DNA from: Eledone cirrhosa
Lineage: Eukaryota
Length of the DNA stretch: 64,000 nucleotides
Reading direction: 5' to 3'
Assembly (NCBI GenBank): GCA_964016885.1
Contig: OZ024740.1
Span: forward strand, 188,604,001 to 188,668,000
How positions within the stretch are numbered: the stretch's first letter is position 1; every line of letters begins with the position of its first letter. Below the pieces are notes generated by a model. That model searched no databases. It was given only the letters and a program-made list of their open reading frames with translations, and was not told the origin of the DNA. A program made the position numbers and the translations under genes. Shown here piece by piece: positions 54,218-64,000 of this stretch.

Positions 54218-56715
54218 TATATATATATGCTTGTATGCAGGCACACAAACACGTGAATGCTTATACACTTAAAACATTATTTAAATTGTTCCAACATTCA
54301 TTGTTCTATGTTGGTACACATATGATAGATGATTTGCATATATCTAAAATATGTTTTATGTCATAGTAAAATGTTGGCACTAAAACTACAAGGTGGCAAG
54401 AAATCTTCCTATCTAATATGACATTACTAATATATAAACATTGATTCACCTTAACTCGTATTAACGTGACAATATCTTATCAAAATTAATTAAGTAAGAC
54501 TCTACACTACAATAGAACTAACTAATGTCTTATATAACACTTTATTTATATACATTTAATATCCTATTTTTTAATTTTGAAATGTCCTAGACAGAAGACA
54601 TGAAAAGTCTGCTAATGCAGGCCAACTACATTCATCATGATATTGAAGTAGTCTACATGCTTCAATATCTGAATACACACATTGCTGCCTGTACCACTGA
54701 TTAAAAACATTCATTTGAAAATTAAAGGACATTATGGATAATGTAGTGCATATCTGAAAAACGAGATTGTTCAGAGCACAACTGGAATGCCTTTGAACAG
54801 AGTTGGGCTGACCTGGGGTTAAATAACAACAACAATATCAACATTTATTAATTTGTTAGAGTTTTCAAACTATAGAATTGCTGCATTAGAGAGCTGTATT
54901 TTGTTCTACAGTATAGTATTTGACTTTGTTGCTCTTATTTGTATGTTCATAGAATAAATAATGCAAAGCTTGGGATATATTTAACCATATCCTGAATTAT
55001 CTGCACACAGAAATTCACTTAAACATTGAAGTCTGAATCTCCTTCTAACAACAAAGATATTGATGAAGAGAATATTTCTTTAGAATATGAATTTATCCTG
55101 ATAGTTTTTTCAAATTTGAAATATGTAAAGGTGTTTAATATTTTGGTATAATCATTCACTTTCTGATACCTGCTTTACTTCTGTGTAAACCTAATTTCAA
55201 GATTTCTGTCTGCTTTTTATATACACTTTTCTTATTTCTCTAACATTTATGTTTGTCAATTTGTCTCTTATATATTCTTACCTTATAAACTGTGCTGCTC
55301 TTTGTTTCTAAATATCTTGAACATTTCCAACTGAAAAGCTGTGCTTTTGATTATAGTAGGTAGTTTTATATTAAATCCAGATATTATCCCTTCTTTTTAA
55401 TGTGTGTATTCTGATAACATACACACAAATTAGGCAAATGTGATTCTTTGAAGTTGGTCATCACAGAACCATATTTAGTGTTCTTCTTGCATCCTTTCAT
55501 TCGTTATGTGCCGTTCCCTACTTTTATCACTCTCAAACTTTATGCCTTTACTTATCGCTATGTATTGGTAGAATGACACAATTTGCACTAGAACTTCTCT
55601 TTGTGTTTTTATCTAAGTGGCAATAGTATTCCCAACTTAGAAGAATGTGTATATGTTTTCATATCCCCCTACCTAATGTTTATCTAATTTTCTGAAACGT
55701 TCATGTTTATAATTGTTAAATTACTTAATGTTACATACCTCTGGAGATCCTTCTAGCCTGTTCATTCTTAATACCCTGCCCTCTCTATATATGTAGTCCT
55801 AATATGTAAACAAGAAGCCTGTATTAGTCCATTAAACCTTCTGTGTCATTGATTCTTGAAGTTGTCATCAATATATTGGTTCTCTCAAAACTTTAGAACT
55901 AGAATAATGACTATGTTTCTCTCCTGCCTCATTATATATCATTAATAGTTCCTTGCACTTTGATGTTGGTTTAACAATCTTCTGATTCAGCATGTAGATC
56001 CTTTTATTTATGTGGCTCCTAATTATGTTTATGTACATATACAGAACGTTGTTTATGTTTTTATATGTATAAATGTTTGTATGCGTATACATATCTTTTT
56101 CATATTGCATGGATCCTCAATTAATATAGATCTCTGTATACACATATACATCTTCACTGTTCTAAGATGGTATTAAACTTTGAGGTTTGAAACAAAAATT
56201 TGTATATATATTTTTATTCGTTTGTATAATTCTAATCATTCAAATGTAGTTCTTGAAGGGATTACAGTTATTGTCATGTTACACGTCCCATGCTGTATAA
56301 TTTTATTTACTTCAACCATTACATTTTCTGATCAGTATATTTTTATCTGCGGTAACATTGTTAAAGTTTGGTTCTGTGTTTATTTCCTATTAGGCAGTCA
56401 TGTGTATATAGATATTTTCTGTACAGAATCTGAGATCATTATTACAATTATTACATTCAAGGATTTAGTCACAAATCAATTCTATTTAAAATTTTAAGGT
56501 TATGAATCTGGCTGAAATATGACACAATGTTCATTGCTTCATTGCAACTACTTGTTATCAAGGCCATACCAGCCTGGTTTATATGTAACAGTTTTTACAT
56601 TTGTCTATTGATTCAAATTGCTTTTTACTGTGCGTATGTCATGAAAAATCATATCATATCTCATCAATACATTTTACATTTGTATGCACATCCACATACA
56701 CATTTATGTTCATGT

Positions 56716-57440
<725 letters not shown>

Positions 57441-58271
57441 TATTATTTTCGTTTGTATTTTTACTACAGGTGTCTATCCTTTGTCATCCTGTCTCTATTT
57501 TTTGTACATTTGAAGTAGGGCTAAAGCCTCACACATCGAACTTTCTTTCCCTCTTTTCATATAAAGCATGAAACTAAAAAGAGGTTTTGTATCTATATAA
57601 GAGGTTTTGTGTATATATATATATATTTAAATCTGAAATTGCTAAAAAAAATTGTCAGCAATTTAATTTTATTTCGTTTGCAAACCACTCCTATTCAGTA
57701 TATATATTATTATCATAACAAATGTAGTTATAAAGTTTGAAATATTAGATTTTGCTCTTCTGATAGAACATTAACTTTCAGCAATAATTTCTATATATTA
57801 GGATTTAAAGATATAATTATATTCACTCTTCAACAAAGCTCTATTTATTGCATGTGTTTAGTATTAATACTGCACTACATAAAACTGTTTCATTTCTCTG
57901 ACTTATTAGATCTTCAAATAATAAACAGGTCTTCTTTTAGCATTACTATATCATTTCTTATTGTTATTATTATTGCTTTATGTTATTAGTTCTTTGCAGG
58001 CTCTTATTTGTATTTTCATTTAGTTTACTTCTCTTATAACCTGTCACTCACTGTGCAGTGCAAATATCATTTGAAATCTCAGCAATGTTCCTTTAATGTA
58101 GTGACTGATGCTTTTAGCAGTTATGTTTTATTTCATTAAGTAATAACAGGTGGATCATAGATATTAAATCTCAAGGTTTCATGACAGCTGTTTTAAATAA
58201 GTAGTGTTAGATTTTAGGAGCAGTAATATATATTTTAATATAAGAATTTACAGAATCTATCTGTCTATTTA

Positions 58272-58371
<100 letters not shown>

Positions 58372-58899
58372 CTCATAAGTTGTACTGATTAACTATCAGC
58401 CCCCTGTTACACAAGCTGTGTTGTACAGTGAATAGGAGAGAAGTTGAATGATTGATAAACATGTAATCAAAAACAGCAGTGGATGGAGACTTCTTTACTA
58501 ACAAGGTCTCTCCACAATTCACGATTTTCCTTTGCTCCTCACAACTGTTACTTACTGTGGTGTGTATTGAATGAGAGTTGATTGATGTTTTCTAGGTTTT
58601 CCTTTGCTGCATCTCCCATTTGTTGGTTCCCACAATAGTAACTTCTTGCTTACTTCTGCAGCAATGTCCTGCAAACTGTAACCGTCTTTGAGCACTTGGG
58701 CAAGTTTCCTTATCAATAGGGACCTAAAATAGATACAAAGGGCAGAAGATGAGAAGCAATCATAGATATATCAAAAATTCTAAATTGTATCAACGCTAAC
58801 ATAATTTTAATTGGTATTTTACCTTACTTTTACAAGTGGGTGAACCTGATCTAGCATTTCATATCACCAGTCGTTTTTGTTCATCTTCTTTCTGGGACT

Positions 58900-59560
58900 C
58901 AGTTACTTAAGATCAGTCTTCTCACCTTCACCCCATGTCTCCCTACATGTCCTTTTCCCATACGAATTTAGCACTTCTTTATACAGCTGTCATCCTCCAT
59001 CTGTATCACATGTCTGCACTAGCAGTGTTTAGCACTTTGTATGCTACAGCTGATTCTTCCAATACACTGTATTTCTTTTACCTCACTTGTATCCTATCAT
59101 TCAAGCATGCTACCTTTACACATCCAACAGAGTATGCTTGTTTCCTTTTTTCTAGCCTTCACAATTCTTCTGTATTCAAAACTCAAAAATGGGTTCCAGG
59201 CAACATCATATTTCATACAAAATTATCAGACAATGTGCACTTTACTGTGAAAGAGAAGTCCGTAGTTACCAGTTGAGTAATAGCAATTGAACCCTTTCTA
59301 TCCTATTTTTACTCTAGCTACTATACTTTAAGAATTACCAACATAGTTTTTCTGCATATCGAGCATGGCCATTTCCCCGACAGTAACATTTCTGTCTTTT
59401 CGAAGTTCACTTCTAGATTTCGTAGTTCTTAGTTTTGCTTCTGATTTGGGAATTTCTTATTTCTAAATCTCCTACAGCTTAGGCTATGAGAAATGGATCA
59501 GCATACACAAGTCTTCATGGCTAGCTAGTTTTAAACTGTTTTGTTATGGCCCTGATAATT
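58900..59560 (-). mobile_element. Decayed copy of the PHD-type RTE family
   Basis: The minus strand reads FKTS*P*RLVYAD, GKWPCSICRK and SIVARVKIG. Confidence 0.65.
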
Positions 59561-60806
59561 GAAATATCCATGATGAACATATCATCATCATTTAACTGCA
59601 CACAAATATGCATATAGCTTTTATAATGAACTCTGTAAAATGACACAAAAAAAGATGGTTAAGACTCTAACTGATTTCTGTGATGTGTTTGTTCAAACTG
59701 TTGATGACAAATTCATATTAATATTATTCATTGATAAAATACTAGATCCCAAATAATGAGCAGTTTTTTTAAGGGCTTCCAGGTTTATGTTATTGCTATT
59801 CTGTTTTTTTTTTTTAGTTTGTTTTATTTCTTTTTTAATTCCATCCTTTGTATCTGACAAAATGCACACAAGTTTATTATCAGAGCAATTTTCTACGCAT
59901 TATTGTGTGTGCATTTCTGTTTAATATTTATTTCATTGTTTCCTTTACAAGAATATATATATGCTGGAAGTATAAAAGGCCTTTTTGTTAGTTTAGACAT
60001 GGTTGAAGCATTTGTGCTAGCATGTATATATTAATGTTCATATATCATTTCAGTAGATTTAAACAAAATTCGTATTTTCAGATGGTTGGTTTACTCTAAT
60101 CAACACAATTCAGTATTGCCTGTTTTTCATTAAATAAGTTCAGTCTTTATAGTTTATAAATGTAAGCATTTTGTTTTGTTATGTCATGTGACTATATGTA
60201 TAGGTAGTGAACACGTTATTAAAGTATTAAATCTAAGCTTCAATGTTAACTTCTCACATAGTTCCATCATTTGCAACATTTATGGATATTTCAGTTGCTT
60301 AATATTTGAGATATTCTTATTCTTTGGGGGTGTGAATGGTTTTATGTGCTGAGTATCCTGTATGATCAACTGAAATGTCCTCATATAACACACTATTTTG
60401 TTTGGTAACTTAGTTCTATTATTTGATAGCTCTTATTTGTTCTCTTATCTGTATAGTGAAGCAATTACATTTAAAAATAAAACACTTTGATGTTATCAAA
60501 GTTCTTAAAAGTGCCCCTATTTAAAATATGTACACATACTCAACTTCTGTAGACATATGAGTACTTTTCAGGAAATTTCAATTCTAGTTGTTTTGTTTAT
60601 TGATTTCTTTAAAATCTTACATGGTGTTATTATTTCCCTTGTAAGTAAAGTATATTTATGACTTGATCAATCAAACAAAAGCAATCTATTTATCACCGAA
60701 AGCCTAAAGCTGAATAATTTACAATGTGTTTATATAGTGGCATACATTGTCTTAATTGTTATTAGATTTTAAATAAAGATGTGAATAATCATAAGAATAT
60801 AAGATG

Positions 60807-60871
60807 ATTCTCTTATATCATTCTCTTATATAATTCTCTTATATAATTCTCTTATATGATTCTCTTATATG
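60807..60871 (+). repeat. Five tandem 13-bp units attctcttatatN
   Basis: Units start at 60807, 60820, 60833, 60846 and 60859, exactly at the RTE 5' junction. Confidence 0.9.
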
Positions 60872-60873
60872 AT

Positions 60874-62037
60874 TTAGGTGTTGATGAATGGCTTGTGAGA
60901 GCTATACAAGCCATGGATAAAGAAACAGTCAGCAAGGTTAGAATTAACAACGAATATAGTGAAGAGTTTAGCGTAAAAGTTGGTGTTCATCAGGGCTCTG
61001 TTCTTAGACCCCTACTATTTATTATTGCTCTTCAGGCTATAACAGTGGAGTTCAAGACCGGCTGCCCATGGGAACTCCTATATGCAGATGATCTAATGCT
61101 CATAGCTGAATCAATAACCGAACTAGAGAATAAATTCCAAACATGGAAGCATAGCCTAGAATCAAAAGGCCTTAAAATTAACCTGTCTAAGACTAAAGTT
61201 CTAGTTTGTAGGAAGGAAAATAGGGCGCCGGTCCCATCCGGGAAATGGCCATGCTCAGTGTGTAGGAATGGAGTAGGTAGAAACTCCATTTTATGTCCCA
61301 AATGTAAAGTATGGGTGCATAAAATATGTAGTGGGATCACAGGTAAGCTAACTAAGAACATAGATTTTATATGTGGCCGGTGCTCTGGTGCAATAAGTAG
61401 CAGCAAGTGCCCACAAAATACTAGCTCACTCCATTGCACAGATGGTTCTATAGAAATAGTGGACAGCTTCCGTTACCTGGGTGACAAAATCAGCAGTGGG
61501 GGAGGGTGCTCTGAAAGTACAGTAGCTAGAGTGAGAACTGGATGGAAAAAGTTCAGAGAGCTTATACCACTATTAGCCGCTAAAGGGTTCTCTCTAAAAA
61601 TGAAAGGCAGGCTTTATGATACCTGCATACGAACAGCAATGTTGCATGGCAGTGAGACCTGGGCATTGTGTGCAGAGGATATACGCAGACTAGAGAGGAA
61701 TGAAGCTTGCATGCTCCGCTGGATGTGTAATAGTAATATACGTGAACGGCAAAGCATAAATGAACTAAGGGAAAAATTAGAAATAAGAGAGATCAGATGT
61801 TGTTTACTCGAAAGAAGGCTACGTTGGTATGGTCACGTGATGCGCATGAAAGACGACAGCTGTATAAAAAAGTGCAGGGCAATAAAAATAGACGGTAGCC
61901 ACGGAGTAGGCAGACCCAGAAAAACCTGGGACGACTTGATAAATTCCGACCTCACACACTTACACCTCTCCAAGACAATGTCACTGGACCGAGACCTTTG
62001 CCGCTACACAGTAATAGAGAAGACCCGCCTTACCTAA
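60874..62037 (+). CDS. C-terminal part of an RTE reverse transcriptase with an inserted C4HC3 (PHD-like) finger
   Basis: GVHQGSVL.PLLF, LLYADD, KTKVL, [PHD], FRYLG, HGSETW, RLRWYGHV.R, GRPRKTW. Open for about 387 codons. Confidence 0.88.
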   Translation, partial: LGVDEWLVRAIQAMDKETVSKVRINNEYSEEFSVKVGVHQGSVLRPLLFIIALQAITVEFKTGCPWELLYADDLMLIAESITELENKFQTWKHSLESKGLKINLSKTKVLVCRKENRAPVPSGKWPCSVCRNGVGRNSILCPKCKVWVHKICSGITGKLTKNIDFICGRCSGAISSSKCPQNTSSLHCTDGSIEIVDSFRYLGDKISSGGGCSESTVARVRTGWKKFRELIPLLAAKGFSLKMKGRLYDTCIRTAMLHGSETWALCAEDIRRLERNEACMLRWMCNSNIRERQSINELREKLEIREIRCCLLERRLRWYGHVMRMKDDSCIKKCRAIKIDGSHGVGRPRKTWDDLINSDLTHLHLSKTMSLDRDLCRYTVIEKTRLT

Positions 62038-62418
62038 GTACAAAGTGAAACCTACTACCGTCAGTAGGCACCTCTAATAAAATACACCTCCGTCCCACTA
62101 CCCCCACCCCATCCACACCACCCCTTTCAATGTAAAGTTATGTTGGTACCACAACATCCAGCCCGAAACAAATGAGGTCGTGTAGGTGTCACGGCAAAAA
62201 AACACACAGTCCATGCTGCAATGTGGCCGTGTAGGTAACACGGTAAAAACCTCCCAGTTCCACACTGTAAATGTGGTTGGTGTTAGGAAGGGCATCCAGC
62301 CGTAGAAAACCCACCAGTCCTATGCGAGCAAGACAACCACTCTTGGTTCAAGTGGGAAAACTCCCGTTAAACCCATGCAAGCGTGGAATATGGACGTTAA
62401 ACGATGATGATGATGATT
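60874..62418 (+). mobile_element. 5'-truncated RTE-clade LINE with a PHD-containing RT and (GAT)n tail
   Basis: ORF followed by a 3' UTR of about 380 nt ending tggacgttaaac(gat)n. Confidence 0.9.
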
Positions 62419-62631
62419 TCATCATCTATGTGTGTGTGGTCTTGTGTGTATGTGAATATGAGTAAATGTATCCATAGTTTATATTACATATTTTTGTAAA
62501 CAAAAATACGTTACTGCAATCAGAGTGTCATCTAGGTATGATTCTAGAAGCAAAATTGCTGTCATATCTTTAAATTCATGCAGAATATCATATAGATTGA
62601 TGTTTGTCTTTTAGAAATGTATTCCTCCATG

Positions 62632-62633
<2 letters not shown>

Positions 62634-62685
<52 letters not shown>
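62634..62685. repeat. (TA)n microsatellite
   Basis: Direct inspection. Confidence 0.95.
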
Positions 62686-62687
<2 letters not shown>

Positions 62688-63025
62688 TCATCATCATCAT
62701 CATTTTTCGTCCACTTTTCCCTGCTTGCAAGGGTGGGACGGGAACTGATTCTGGCTTGATTTCTACAGCTGGATGCCCTTCCTAACACCAACCTCATTTA
62801 AAGTGAGTGCTGGGTGCTTTTTTGCCATAGCACCTCCACGACCACTTTACAGTGGAATGATATGGACCCAAGTCCCTATCATCTCATTTCTACAGCTAAG
62901 TAAACTGGAGCAATGTGAAATAAAGTGTCTTGCTCAAGGAAACAACACATCACCCGGTCTGATAATTAAGCTCACAACTTTTCGATTGCAAGACCAATGC
63001 TCTAACCACTAAGCCATGTGCCTCC
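62684..63025 (-). mobile_element. SINE B, full length, in (TA)n
   Basis: Highly similar to 35516-35858 (compare ORF-track peptides 35606 and 62773). Confidence 0.87.

Positions 63026-63038
<13 letters not shown>

Positions 63039-63093
<55 letters not shown>
63039..63093. repeat. (TG)n microsatellite
   Basis: Direct inspection. Confidence 0.95.
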
Positions 63094-63095
<2 letters not shown>

Positions 63096-63099
63096 CAGT

Positions 63100-63385
63100 A
63101 TGTTTAACATCCATCTTCCCTGCTAGCAAGGGTTAGACATGTCAGTAGTCTAGCAGAGCCTTTGATCTATGTGTGTGCTGGGGCCCTGACATATGATCTT
63201 GCACTTTACAGAATGCATTTTATCATGGCACAAACTCTAAGGAAGTTGAGTTCCTAGGTCTTTGGTATAGCTGAGGAGATTTTCTGACTCTTTGTTTGGT
63301 AGGTTTACTATTGCTGGATGCCCTTCCTAATGCAAACCACTTTACAACATGTACAATGTTTATCAAGTCAATCACCAGTACTAGA
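63100..63385 (-). mobile_element. Old RTE-tail-bearing SINE-like repeat
   Basis: Contains tttaacatccatcttccctgctagcaaggg and ctggatgcccttcctaatgcaaaccactttaca, as in the SINE at 62684. Confidence 0.5.
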
Positions 63386-63394
63386 AAAGCTAGC

Positions 63395-63426
<32 letters not shown>

Positions 63427-64000
63427 TACATATATGTATATTGCTTTCATTTATGCATTTTAATTAAAACCTGAATAAATATTGCCGCTAATGAACATTT
63501 GGAAATATTTTCTATGCATCTGCTTAGACACTTATATTACATTCCATGCATACATCAATATAAATATTTCATTATTTTATGGAGTAACCTTCCTTTAATT
63601 TATATAATATTTCAAATAAAATTGTTTTTATTTTCTAAATATAATTATCTGATGTTATATAACAAAATAACAGTTGGATTAAGATATTTACTTTACATTT
63701 TCTAAGACATCCATAGATAAATAATATTAAATTCTAGAACAAACTTTTTTTATTCCTGAAATATATATATATTTTTTTCTCCTATTTTAATTTTTTGTTT
63801 GATGTACTTTTTTAAATTTGGCTTGCTTTATGTAATAGTTCTGTTCTTAACTGTCAGTTTTATTTAGCAAAAATACTTAGCTTCTGAAGTAAGATTTGCT
63901 GAATTGCTTCAGGAAATCTTTTGGAAGTATTTGATGAGACTTATACTTTGATCTACATTCGTTACCACTGAGATTAAAGTAAGAGAGAAATGTCCATACA

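Noticed and set aside
57509-57545. Third hammerhead-like motif (ttgaagta gggct aa agcct cacacatc)
   Set aside because: The GAAA core is lost; at most a dead relic.

Overview
AT-rich, repeat-dense eukaryotic (metazoan) DNA. The repeat families resemble those I recall from Octopus/coleoid cephalopods; this is an inference. Almost the whole window appears to be intronic. The only convincing host exon is 48876-49084 (+), which encodes the C-terminal half of a CUB domain resembling SOL-1 (suppressor of lurcher, an ionotropic glutamate receptor auxiliary subunit). The rest is mobile DNA. There are two R4/Dong-like RT-RLE elements inserted in (TAA)n, one with about 767 uninterrupted codons. There are several RTE LINEs, one near full length and one with a PHD finger inside its RT, plus CRE-like and L2-like remnants. 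There are two tRNA-derived SINE groups, a non-autonomous Helitron, two hAT MITEs with 8-bp TSDs, and Penelope-type terminal repeats. The most notable observations are: (1) a minimal hammerhead ribozyme with a U3-A8 covariant core; (2) a 51-bp perfect fold-back of the same repeat family inside a (TA)n array; (3) visible SINE-LINE tail sharing; (4) a SINE-head/Dong chimera joined at the RT catalytic motif; (5) retroelements piling into each other's microsatellite tails. I cannot support a wholly new biological system; these are candidates to check. Most short ORFs in the track are spurious. Family assignments come from motif recognition by eye, not from database searches.
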